Shown: piece after piece, positions 52,191 to 64,000 of the stretch
How the letters are laid out: the number at the start of each line of letters is the position of its first letter
Numbering within the stretch: position 1 is the stretch's first letter
Source: Chiloscyllium plagiosum
Lineage: Eukaryota
Direction of reading: 5' to 3'
DNA: 64,000 nucleotides
NCBI RefSeq assembly: GCF_004010195.1
Contig: NC_057754.1
Location: 3,725,728-3,789,727, forward strand
Position numbers and translations under genes: made by a program
Notes under the pieces: generated by a model
What the model saw: the letters and a program-made list of their open reading frames with translations, nothing else
Told to the model about the DNA's origin: nothing
Databases searched by the model: none

Positions 52191-53185
52191 CCCGGCCTCC
52201 TCGGTTGAGGGACAGCCCGCGGCACCAATCGATGCGCGGGTACTGGCCAATTAGATTGACGTACCGACATCACTGGCTCGTGGTTGGATTTAATGGCCAT
52301 CAGTCAGGACGAAAAGGCGGGCCGCAATCTCTCGTCGGCAGCCAAGGGGGGAGTATATGTGTGGCAGAAAGCTGGCTATGATTGGACAGCTGGTCTGTCG
52401 GTCAGGAAAGTGGGCGGTATCTGCGTGGGTGTAGGTCGGTCGAGGACTTGACATTCTGATTGGATAGCCGCCATGTCGTTCAAGTGAAGAGGCGAACTCT
52501 TACCACGCAAATACATGTGGAGGAGGGCAAGTTCTTGGCTATTGATTGGGTAAACGGGCTGTCAGCCACAAAAGATAGGCGGTTTTAGCTGCGATTGGGC
52601 TGGAAGATTGTCGGTCACAAGTGGTAGGCGGGTGTGCGCGGGTCGGCGCAGCGTGATTGGTCGCGTCTCCACCCTTTCCGGCTTGTCAGCGTGTGACGAC
52701 GGCCGCGATTGGACAAGCACGGGCCAGCCCTGAGAAGGAACGCGTGTGACTGGCGGGGCGGGAGGAGGCGCCGCCTGATTGGTCGCACCCACCCACCCAC
52801 CCACCCCCCTCCGGATGTCGGCGCGTGCCGACATTTCGCGATTGGACAGCTGGCACCGTCCCTTTTTCGCGGGGCGGGGCGGGGCGGGGTGGCGGTGGAG
52901 ACGGTACGGCCGGATTGGCCGCCTCTCCAGGATAACGGCCGCGATTGGACAGCTGGGGCCGTCACTCAAGACGAGCGCGAGCGGCCGGCCTGGTGGGAGA
53001 AGGCGCTCGGAGGGACGGTTGGAGCGGCCGCCATTTTGTTCGAGATCCCGCCATTCGATCGGGGGGTTAAAAATAAAAAGCCTTTATATCTGAGGCGATT
53101 GGCGTGGGGACTAGGGAGGGGGAGTTATCGATTCGAATCGAGGCGCGTTTTAAAAGATAAAGTGGGTTTGGGGGGGGGGGGAAAA
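52140..53185. promoter_or_regulatory. CpG-island bidirectional promoter
   Basis: High CpG density, about 13 CCAAT/ATTGG boxes, tandem GC boxes at 52871-52890, and outward-facing YY1-type motifs at ~52143 (-) and ~53027 (+). Confidence 0.8.
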
Positions 53186-53516
53186 ATGAAGATCTTCGTG
53201 GGTAATATCCCGAGCGAAGGGACGGTGGACGAGCTGAAGACGCTGTTCGGTTACTACGGCACGGTGCGGGAGTGCGACATCATCCGGCATTACGGCTTCG
53301 TGCACATGGACAGCGCCGAGGAGGCGAACCAGGCCATCGCCGCGCTCAACCAGTACGAGCTGCACGGCCAGAAGCTCAACGTGGCCGAGTCGCGGCCCCG
53401 GCCCGCCGCCGTCACCAAGGTCTACGTCGGGAACCTGGCGGGCGGCTGCAGCAACCAGGAGCTCCGGGCCAAGTTCGAGGAGTACGGCCGGGTGGTGGAG
53501 TGCGACATCGTCAAAG
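53186..53516 (+). CDS. RBM14/RBM4-like RNA-binding protein, exon 1 (RRM1 plus first half of RRM2)
   Basis: Encodes MKIFVGNIP ... YGFVHM ... SRPRP ... KVYVGNL ... ELRAKFEEYGRVVECDIVK; phase-1 donor AAAG|GTAC. Confidence 0.95.
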
Positions 53517-53847
53517 GTACCGCCGGTCTCGGGTGGAGCTCGTTTGTGGGGGGTGGGTGGGGGAAGAGAGAGAGAGAGGGTTTTCCCGCCGCCATGACGC
53601 CTCACAGACCGTTCGGCCCATCGACAGAGCTCACCCCCTTTTTTTCGGGGGGGGCGGGCAATAGTAGGTGATGGTTTAGGAGCAAATTGCTGGAATTCCC
53701 CCAACTGAAAACAAAACATGCTGGAGATCCCACACCCACAGAAAGAGAGAGAGAGAGAGCATGCTCTGTGGTAGGGTCTGCAAGAGGCGCTACAGCAATT
53801 CACCAAGGGTCCTTCCAAACCCACCACTGCCTCCGTGCAGAGAGGTT

Positions 53848-54168
53848 TAGATTAGATTACTTACAATGTGGAAACAGGCCCTTCGGCCCAACAAGTCCAC
53901 ACCGCCCCGCCGAAGCGCAACCCACCCAGACCCATTCCCCTGCATTTAACCCTTCACCTAACACTACGGGCAATTTACCATGGCCAATTCACCCTAACCT
54001 GCACATCTTTGGACTGTGGGAGGAAACCGGAGCACCCGGAGGAAACCCCACGCAGACACGGGGAGAACGTGCAAACTCCACACAGTCAGTCGCCTGAGGC
54101 GGGAATTGAACCCGGGTCTCTGGCGCTGTGAGGCAGCAGTGCTAACCACTGTGCCACCGTGCCGCCCA
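53848..54168 (-). mobile_element. Full-length young HE1-like SINE in RBM intron 1
   Basis: Complete head, core and (TCTAA)n tail on the minus strand. Confidence 0.9.
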
Positions 54169-54418
54169 CTACCACCGTGCCGCCCAGGTGAACATGGGCT
54201 CACCGAAGCATTGAGTACAGTAGGTGAATGGGGAGGGGGGGGTGGGGATGGAGGTGATAGGTCAGAGAGGAGGGTGGGGGGAAGGTAGCAAAGAGTACAG
54301 TGGGGAATGGGGCTGCCTTGAAGAAGTTTTCATTCTCTTGCTCCAAGAATCGCAGGGAGTCTCTACTCTCTGCTACTTTCTCCCCACCCCCACCCTCCTC
54401 TCATTTATCTCTCGATCC

Positions 54419-54446
54419 CTGATGAAGGGCTTTTGCCCGAAACGTC
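54419..54446 (+). ncRNA. Minimal hammerhead core in a Penelope pLTR remnant (~54200-54545)
   Basis: CTGATGAAGGGCTTTTGCCCGAAACGTC, identical to the 26221 copy; in the sense orientation within RBM intron 1. Confidence 0.68.
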
Positions 54447-57050
54447 GATTTTTCCTGCTCCTCGGATGCTGCCTGACCAGTTGTGCTTTTTCCAGCGTTG
54501 CTCTAATCTAGACTCTGGTTTCCAGCATTTGCAGTCATTGTTTTCACCCCTTTGGCCCAAACTGTGCTGACCAAAACGCCCATCCACGCTAACCCCGTTA
54601 CCATGCACTTGGCTCATATCCTTCCCGACCTTTCCTAATGTCACCAGTTCCTTCGGTGTCGCTGGGTCAAAATCCTGGATTCCTCTCCTTTAATGGAGGG
54701 GGGGGGTGTTGTTGTTGGACTGGGGTGGTCAAAGTCAGAAATCCCACAGCACAAGGTTGTAGTCCAACAGGTTTATTTGAATTCACAAGTTTTCAGAGCG
54801 TAGCTTGTTCACCCGATGAAGCGGCTATGATCCAAAAGCTTGTACCTTCAGAGCAATTTGTTGGACGATAATCTGGTGTTGTGTGATTTCTGATTTTGAC
54901 CCTCCCTAGTGGGATGTGGGCTGCACTGGTTCAAGAAAGCAGTTCACCACAACCTTCTCGAGGACAACTAAGTACGGGAAATAAATGTGTGGCTCAGCCA
55001 GCAACTTCCATGTCTCTTAAGTGAATTTTTTAAAAAAGTGTCTGATTCTGATGGGTTGCTTCATATGCTTGCCTTTATTGGTCAGTGCATTGAATATAGG
55101 GGTTGGACGGTCCTGTTGCAGCTCTACAGGGCATCAGTGAGGCCACTTTTGAAATACTGTGTTCAGTTCTGGCCCCTCCTCCACGGGAAGAGTGTGGTGA
55201 AACTTGAAATAGTTCAGAAACGATTTACAAGGATGTTGCTCGGATTGGAGGGTTTGCGCTTCAGGGAAATACTGAACAGATAGGATGTGTTTTCCCTGGA
55301 GTGTTGGGGGCAGAGGGTAACCTTATTATAGAACTTTATAAAGTGGCATGGCGGTTTGGTGGATAGCACTGCTGCATCAGCACTGGGGATCTGGATTCAG
55401 TTCCACCCTTGCTACAACTGTTCTGTGTGGAGTTTGTGTGTTCTCCCTGGGTCAAAATCCTGGATTCCTCTCCTTAATGGGGGTGCTCCAGTTTCCTTCT
55501 ACAGTCCAAAGCTGTGCAGGTTTGGTGGATTGACCATGCTGACATAGTGTCTAGGAATATGCAGGTGAGGTGGGTTGGTCATGGGAAATGGAGGGTTAGA
55601 GGGATAGGGTAAGCATTGGGATGCTCTTCAGGGAGTCTGTGTGGACTCGATGGGCCGAATGGCCTGCTTCAACACTGGGGATTCTAAAATCATGAGGGGC
55701 ATAGATAGGATGAATAGTCAAGGTCCTTCTTTCAGGATAGGAGAGTCCAAAACTAGAGGGCATAGGTTTAAGGAGAGGGGAAAGATTTAAAAGAGACTTA
55801 AGGGGCAATTTTTTCATGTAGCGGATGGTGTCTGTATGGAGGCTGATACAATTACACCATTAAAAGGCATCTGTATGTGTTCATGAATGGAAGGGTTTTG
55901 ATGTATATGGGCCAAATGCTTGCAAATGGGAATTGATTGATTTAGGATATCTGGTCAGAATGAGCAAATTGGACCAAATGATTTGTTTCTATGCTGGACA
56001 GCTTTAGGACTCTTAAGAGTCATCTAAACTCAACATTAGGTTGCTCTCTCTCAGTGGATGCTTCGTGACCCACACTTTTTTTTAATTTTCACCCAGAGGT
56101 TTGTTTGATGTCTGCAAAGTAACAAATCAAACTCACTGCAAGGCTTGCTGAGGGTTTATTCATATTGCGAAATTACCCAAAATAACTGCTGATGCTATAA
56201 ATCAGCAACAAAAACAGACATTGCTGGAAAAGCTCAGTATCTGTGGAGAGCAATCAGAGTTAACAGTTCTGAGGAAGGGTCGCTCAACCTATAAATGTTA
56301 ACTGATGCTGCCAGACCTGCTTAGCTTTTCCAGCAACTTTTTTTGTCCTGAATTGTTTTTGTGGACAACTTTGCAGCACAAATACAGACTGTTCTGACAA
56401 TGTGTTCATGCAATATCTAGTGCTGTTCAGAATGTACTTCATTTTGTTCTTCCTTGGCCTGATTTTTTTTAAAAAAAATTATATATTTAAAAGTAAATTT
56501 ACATTTATTCATAAATCTCTACATATACACTGTCACAAATGTAGTTTGGTTCTGTATAGTAGCATATTATGTCAACAAACATTTTGAGATTAACTCTCTC
56601 CCAAAAAAACCAAAGGCATCTCTTAATCGGACAAGACTATATTTATACGCACTGGGCATGCCCGATAACTGAGTGCCCCCCCCCCAATTAACTTTGGCAT
56701 GAAGACCTCAAACAGTGATCTTTCAACACTGCACCTTGGTGAATCTGCCCCAAGCTTTAGAATGTCCCTCAGCAGTTAGTCTTGGACATCGGAATGTACC
56801 TGTTTGCAGCACTCGATTGAGGTCAGTTTCTTGTTCTGGAACTCCAACATGTTTTCAGAAGACCACGTTTTGGGCAGACCAAAGAGCATCTTTCACCGAG
56901 TTGATGGTCCCCCAGGTGCAGACAGGCCTGGTAGCGATGGGTATCTGGTTGGTGTAGCAACAGCTGTTGGGTGTGAGGCCCTTCTCTTTGCTAGTTGCAG
57001 TAATGAAAAGACTTTACTAACATCTAAGATGTTGTCTTTTTACTTTTTAG

Positions 57051-57540
57051 ACTATGCTTTTGTGCACATGGAGAAGGAGGAAGATGCAATGCAAGCTATT
57101 GCCAGTCTGGATAATCAAGAATTCAATGGGAACAAGCTTCGGGTACAGCTCTCCCGGTCAACCTATGGGAAGTCTGGTGGGCAACGGGATGTGTGCCAAC
57201 GTTGTGGGAGGCAGGGTCACCAGGCCCGAGATTGCCATTCAGCACGCTATAATCAGTATAGCCAGTACCAGTACCAGGCTCAATATTACCCCTCTTACTA
57301 TTCATACTACGATTACGATTATGGCCAAGGTTCCTATTACGATTATTACGAAGATTATCAGACCGCAAGTGCCGCTGCAGCTTACACACCACTTGAATAC
57401 GTGAGGGAGAGGAGCCCCAACCGGTTGGGCACATCCGTAGTAGGGGCCAACAACTGCACCCTATACGAACGTACCCGCCTGTCACCACTCACCGTGCCAA
57501 AATATCAAACTGAGAAATTCATAGACGATAGCATCAGCAG
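57051..57540 (+). CDS. RBM14/RBM4-like exon 2 (rest of RRM2, CCHC knuckle, Tyr-rich region)
   Basis: Encodes DYAFVHMEKEEDAMQAI ... VQLS, CQRCGRQGHQARDC, a YQYQAQYYPSYYSYYDYDY tract, RERSP and YERTRLSP. ttttag acceptor and CAG|GTATGT donor. Confidence 0.95.
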
Positions 57541-59317
57541 GTATGTATCTGCTCCAGACCAAAAACCCAGGGAGTCAAAGGGGGACTTCGAGGCTTCTCA
57601 ACTGGGGGTTGATGGTTTTAGTGGTGGGGTGGGCAGTTCAGCCTAACCTGTTGTTAATTTTTACATGTCTCTCCATTTCCTCAGGGAATTACTAGCTGTC
57701 CCTTGAACATTCTTACTTGGGCAGTGCCCTGTTTTTGGAGGGATAGTGTCAGCTTGGACATCTTGCAGGCTCTGCACTAAGTAATGCAGTTGCCAAGCAC
57801 TGCCACAGAACTATGTATGCAGTGTTGATAGGCGTGGAGGCCACCTTCCTGCTAACCATGGATGCTTTTTCCTCTTTTGGACATAAAATGGCAAAATACT
57901 TCTGTGTTGACTGTGCAGTTCAGGGGAATTTGGGGGAATAACTGTAGAAAAAATTGTATCCTTCATTTTAAACCATGCAAACTAGAGTGAGACAGCTGGC
58001 AGCTTTGCAGCTTCCAGAATCTTTGTGGCTGTGGTTGTGCCTGGTGCGTGTGTTGTGAGCTGTGTTAAGATAAGGATGGTGATATTGTGGGATGAGTGCA
58101 CAACTGTTGCTCTTCCAGAGAGCTAGAAGCTGCTGGACTGTGCAAGGTTATAGTCCATGGAGTTAATACCCTGTGCGTAACCCTATGCAGTACACCTAAA
58201 AATTGTTGGCTCATTGGAACAATCAGTCTGTCAAGTCAAGACCCCTTCATGTTGAAAATCCTTCCCTATTCCAAGGTCTTAGAGATAAAACAGATTTGTT
58301 TACATGGTACCAAGGATAAAGTTATTTCTGGTCAGAACAGCAAAGCTGCTGAGATTATTCTCCATTGAGCAGAGAACTTCAAATCCACCCTACTCCCCCT
58401 TAATCAAGATTTGATAAGTGAGGTGAGACTTGTTTGGAGAATTGACATAGACATGAGCAGCAGAGTGGCCTCCTCCTGGATTTAAAAAACAGCAGCATGA
58501 TAATTGAAACAAGGCTGCTGAGTGAATGTTGGTGAATGGAGAAAGATTTTGCTGTCTGACTGCACATTGTCACTCAGACCACTGCTCAGTTTTATCAAAA
58601 GTATCTCTCTTATTCCACAAGCGCAAATGAGATTTGGATGGAGCTGCCAATGTTAATGATTTCAGGGACTTTTGCTGATTTTACCCCCTTCGTCACCACC
58701 ACCGCATACCTGTTCCTCTGAAAAAGTAATGACTATCTCCAATAAGAGACAATCTAGCCACTGCCCCATGATATTCAATAGTGTTGCCATCGCTGAATCT
58801 CCCACTGTCAACATTCTGGGGGTTACCATTGACCAGGAACTCAGTTGGACTTGTCATATAAATGGTAGTTACAAGAGCATTTCAGAGGCTATGAATCCTG
58901 CACCAAGTAACTTACCGTCTGCCCACTATCTATAAGGCACAAGTCATGTGTGATGGAATACTCCCCACTTGCCTGGATGAGTGCAGCTTCAAAATACTGA
59001 GGAAGCTTGACACCACCATTCAAGACAAAGCAGCCTCACTTGATTGGCACCGCATCCACTCCCTCCACCATCAGTGTTCATTAGTAGTGTGTATTACCTG
59101 CAAGGTATGCTGCTGAAATTCAATAAAAATCTTTTAGACAACACCTTCCAAACCCACACCCTGTACCATCTAAAGGACAAGGGCAGCAGAAACATGAGAA
59201 TGCTATGATCTGCAAGTTTCCCTCCAAGACACTCAACATTCTGATTAGAATATATATCACAATTCCTTCAGTATCACTGGTTCAAAATCCTGGAACCATT
59301 GTTTATCTGCCTATAGG

Positions 59318-60835
59318 GAGAAAGTGAGGACTGGAGATCAGAGTCAAAATGTATAGTGCTGGAAAAGCGCAGCCGGTCAGGCAGCGTCTGAGGAGCGGGG
59401 CGATCGACATTTCAAGCATAAGCTCTTCATCAAGAGTATTGGAGGGGTGGGGGGAGGTGGCTAGGAATGCGATAGGTTGACGAAGGTGAGGGGTGATGAG
59501 TAGAGGTCAGAATGTAGGTTGGAGCTGATGGGTGGAAAGGAAGATGGACAGTTCAACAGGGCGGTGCCGAGTTGAAGGGTTGGATCTAGGATAAGGTGGG
59601 GGGAGGGGAGATCGGGAGACTGGTGAAATTGACATCGATCCCGTGTGTTTGGATATTCCCAAGGCAGAAGATGTGTTCCTCCTCCAGGCATAGGGTGGCT
59701 AGAATTTGGCAGTGAAGAAGGCCCAGGACTTGCATGACTGGCACAGTGGGAGGGGGAGTTGAAGTGTTCGACCACAGGGCAGTAAGGTTGATTGGTGCAC
59801 ATGTCCTGGATGTGTTCTCTGAAATCTTCTGCAAGTTGGTGTTCTGTCTCACCAGTGTAGAGGAGACCACATTTCTGTCAGATGTGAAAGGATCCTTTGG
59901 GGCCTTGGTAGGTGAGGGGGTAGATGTGGGTACTTGTAGTGGCAAGGGAAGGTGCCTGGTGTGTTGGTTGGCAGGCATGGACCTAATGGTGATGTCGCAG
60001 GAGGGAATGGTCTCTGCGCAACACAGCTTGGGTGGGATGGGAAATATATCTCACCCCTCTCCACCCCTATCTGTGTTCCAGAACTCTCTCTCTGACTCCC
60101 TCGTTATGTCGACGCCGCGCACGCCCCCCCACCCCCAACCAACCCAACTTGCACTCCCAGCACCTTCCCTGCTACTGCAAGAGGTGTAAAACCTGCTCCC
60201 ACACCTCCCCTGTCGCCTCCATCCAGGGCCCTGAAGGATCCTTACACATCTGACAGAGATTTTCCTGGATCTCCAAGCACCTCATCTACTATGTCCGTTG
60301 CTCTCAATGTGGTCCCCTCTACATTGGGGAGACAGAACACCAACTTGTGAAACATTTCAGAGAACATCTCCAGGACACGAGTCCCAATCAACTCCACTGC
60401 CCTGTGGCTGAACACTTCAACTCCCTCTCCCAGTCTGCCAAGGACATGCAAGTCCTGGGTCGCCTCCACTGCCAAATTCTAGCCACCCAACGCCTGGAGA
60501 AGAAACTGCCTCATTCTCGGTCTTGGGGCTGTACAACCACATGGCATCAATGTGGATTTCGCCAGTTTCCTTATTGCCCCTCTGCCCACCTTATCCCAGA
60601 TCCAACACTCTAATTTAGCACTGTCGTCCCTGTCCATCCTCTTTTCAATCTATGCAGTCCACCCTCCATTCCAACCTATCACCATCACCCCCCGCGCCCA
60701 CCTACCTTGATCTACCTATCACATTTCTCGGCTACCTCCCCAGCACCCTCCCGTTCGTCTCAGTCCCCCGTCCCCCCCCACACCCGATGAAGAGCTTATG
60801 CTCAAAACGTCGACTCTCCTTCTCGGATGCTGCCT
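59318..60835. mobile_element. Penelope-like element 3' end (GIY-YIG endonuclease plus pLTR) as an inverted pair
   Basis: + copy at ~60160-60835 (CKRCKTC, YYVRCSQCGPLYIGET, FREHL, PVAEHFN) and - copy at ~59318-59960; each ends in a degenerate hammerhead and the GATGCTGCCT-type tail. Confidence 0.85.
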
Positions 60836-62361
60836 ACAATTCATGGACTGCAGCAGTTCAAGAAGGTAGCTCACCAACACCATCTTAAGGGGCAACAAGG
60901 ATGTGCAATTAATGCTGGCCAGCCAGCAATACCCCATATCTCATGAGAGAATTTAAAGTTCAAAAATCTTGGCTTATCTTGAGTAAACCATAATGCTGTT
61001 GAATGTTAGCCTCATGAGAATTTACTTTTTTTTTTAAAAACCCTTCCACTTTCCCGATTTGTAGAAGTGTTAACTTTACGACTCCAAGATACTGAGGTGG
61101 GAATGGATTGGAGGGGTGTGTGTGTGTGTCGTGAGGTCCCTGTGGCTATATGCTATCGCTTCACCACCTTATAAGGAAGGTACAGTATTTATCACCGAGA
61201 CATTGGCAATTGATATTATGAACGGTTATGGCTTCCTTGGGCTTTGGAGGGTGAAGGTGTGTAATGTCAGTGAGCCTCTCTTTCTATTTAGTGCAGAGTT
61301 GGGCACCTCCTGGGCTAGTGTGTGAAGTTTATGGATCCAGTATTTAGGTAGTAGACTTTTGTTAGTGTCTCTTTCTGTCTGATTTCTGGGCCGGGGAGAG
61401 TCTGGCGTGTCAAAACTCTTTCACAATTGCACTTGACCATTGCAGCTTTGTGTTCTCTGAGATGCAACCCAGTCAGAAGGCTGCAAAACTGCTTGCTTTT
61501 GAGAATCCTCTTTTTTTTTTTACCCCCCCCAACACGTGTCACAATTACAATTCTGGGGTGTGTTCTTTCGGCATTCCTCTCCTTGTTTCCTTAAAATCTC
61601 CCTTAGGCAAGTGATGTTTTGCAGACTTGGGAGTAGGCAGGTAATTTGTACTCAGGCTTGTGCCTGAGACTGTTTCACTGGCCAGTGGTCATTCATCTCG
61701 GCCTCCCGATGATCTGTCTTGCATCCAAACAGGCTCAACGTGTCAAACATTTTGACCCCACTTCCATTGCCTCCAACATACAATTACACAGCTCTTTATA
61801 TTCGGTGAGACTGCAAAACATTTTAATAGTATTCTGCAGTAATATTGCCATCAGTCCAGTGTAATTCATAAATTCAAATTATTCATCATTACTTGCCATC
61901 TTGGGCAACAAGGGATTAAAAAAGCAAAGCAATCTTGAAATTTTACAGTTTAGGAGGTTTTGGACCACATCGCAGCCCATGAGATACTTTTAGGCTGTGA
62001 TTGCTTAATGCTTGGCAGGACATGGTCACTGGCTAACATGCAGCAAGCTCCCTGTTTTGGGTGTCTGGGCCCACACAGCACGGGAGAGCAGAAGGACGGC
62101 AAGATGTCCCATTCTGCTTTTTCTGAGGAAAAAACAATTGATCCTTTTCATTGTGGCAGGAAGGCACATTTGAAGACTAATGCATGAAAGCCCTGTCCTG
62201 CTTCTCTCCACATGTCCCATGTGAAAATAAAAACCCTATCCCTGGCCATCATCATTTGGAGCCCTGGCAGCCTGGAAATCCCCCCCTAACCTCGGTGAAT
62301 GCATGAGCAACTTTTCCTTTCCGGCCAACCCTGTATTGACATAATGTGCTTTCTCTCATAG

Positions 62362-62413
62362 GTATGATCAGTTTGACTACGATAATACTACCGACACCCG
62401 CTATGCCCAATGA
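62362..62413 (+). CDS. RBM14/RBM4-like exon 3, coding part (290-aa protein in total)
   Basis: tttctctcatag acceptor; phase 2 completes Arg, then YDQFDYDNTTDTRYAQ*; locally CpG-rich. Confidence 0.75.
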
Positions 62414-64000
62414 ACCGACGATATCCTCCTTCCTTCTCTTCCTCCTCCGCCGCCGCCGCTCTCCGAACAGAAGTTTGCTTTCTCGAGACGAATACACGAC
62501 CCCGCGATCGCAGCATGACAGCACCGTGGCATTTAAAAACAAAATTTATTTCTTTCTCAAAAACAAAAAGATACAATCGATGAGCCCTGCCTTGTGATCC
62601 ATAGGTTCTGTAAACACACTTTAACGCTCTCTTTCTCACTGATGATTGTGATCAGATATTACTTGTCAGTTTTGTTTTTGTTTTCTTCCAGCCCACCCAG
62701 TCACCATTTTCCCCTCCTCTTCCTAGACCCCTTCAAAACGAAACAAACCTCCCTTTATACAGGTCCTATCCTTACCGAACACGGGTGCATTTTCCCCTCC
62801 CCACGGTGAAGGCCACCTTCGCTTAATGCTCTTCCAGTCCAACACTGCCTTTTAAAGAAGTGGGGAGCCTGTTCTGCTGTTTTCCCTTCCCTTAAGGGAC
62901 TGATGGCTGTTGCAGTCAGTTCTGTGATCTCCAAGTACCATTTGTGATTTGACAGCAGGCTGCTGCTCTCGTGGGGAGCTGCTCTGGTTAGTGCCTGGTG
63001 TATGATCCACGATTCGGACAAGAAGGAAGCTTCTGTCAAGGCACTTTCCTGCTGCTGTGCCGCTTTTCCTTACCTCTGCAAACGCTTAGCCCTCGAGATG
63101 TAAATCTCAGTGGCTGTAGGTGCCTTGCAGAGATTGTGCTGTAAAGCTGAATGGGCTCCCCCCCACTTTAAATAATCTTCACACTTAATTAACTATACTA
63201 CCACTGTGAATCATCAACCACACAATTAAAAGCCGTGTTTCAGGCACTCTGTTTCAGACAGATGCTGCATTCCTGCACCTTGCCAACGCTGCTGGGATTC
63301 TTGCTGCCAAGGGATGCACAGGAGCAGACAGGCCGTCTCCTGCGTGGTTGTGCTTTCTTTCATTTTAGTGATTTATCCTTCTGCAGCCTCGAGTCCGCTC
63401 ACGGGCAGGGTGGCAGAGTGCGTGTCCTGTAATTCACCGGCTGGCTTTACAGGTAATGGTCCAATTTTGCTGAGTAACTGATCCCGCACCCCCCTTTTCC
63501 CCCACCAGAAAAAAAATTCTCACTGCTAAATTTCTCCACTGAAAGCAACGGGCATGCTGTCATTGGTACCATCGGATTCGTGTGAAGAGGAAGACAGGGT
63601 GGGGAGACTGCAGGCATCTGGGTAATTTCCAGTCTTTGACTTTTCGGATTGGCTGCTTGAGGACAGAATGTATGTTTCCAGGCAGAGTGAGTGTGTGTAT
63701 GTGTGTTTCTTATGATTGTCATGGCAACACTGCCAACATGGGTGACAATTGACTGAATTTCCTCTTGGGTAGTGTCAAGGTCCTGCAGAGTTAATGTCTG
63801 ATGGCTAGCTGAAGATTTCTTGAAATGGGTGCTTTTTTTTGGCATTGAGGATATGGTTCAGTCACAATGTCACCTATAGCTGAACATTAAATTTACCTGA
63901 GGTGTTACAAATGACCTTCCTGGATAATGACCATGGGGAGCTGCCACCTCAAAGGACAGACCCAGAGTGATCTGGTGTCTTAGCTGAGGGTGAATGGTGA

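Noticed and set aside
52709-53185. N-terminal extension of the 320-aa ORF and other CpG-island ORFs
   Set aside because: Non-ATG start in GC-rich promoter sequence; family homology starts at MKIFVGN (53186).
57541-57646. Read-through C-terminus of the 280-aa ORF
   Set aside because: A strong CAG|GTATGT donor and a phase-compatible downstream exon explain the true end.

Overview
Repeat-rich vertebrate genomic DNA, very likely a shark (elasmobranch), judged from abundant HE1/V-SINE-type SINEs, CR1/HER1-type LINE fragments and Penelope remnants. The gene order resembles human 11q13. It runs: 3' exons of CDC42BPG (MRCK-gamma; minus strand, 2.2-10.2 kb), a 500-N scaffold gap, the last two exons of ZNRD2/SSSCA1 (+), complete FAM89B (+), an old Gmr1-like gypsy LTR element (40.3-47.5 kb), and a CpG-island bidirectional promoter (~52.1-53.2 kb). 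That promoter drives a 290-aa RBM14/RBM4-intermediate gene (+) and, head-to-head, an unannotated-looking 396-aa ORF (-). The 396-aa ORF appears to be an inverted duplicate of the RBM gene's exon 2 that lost its RRMs and zinc knuckle and gained ~14-15 copies of a 14-aa repeat. Also present are many short Penelope-derived foldback insertions carrying hammerhead-ribozyme cores and variable-length target-site duplications. All calls come from reading the sequence and from remembered family motifs; no database search was run.
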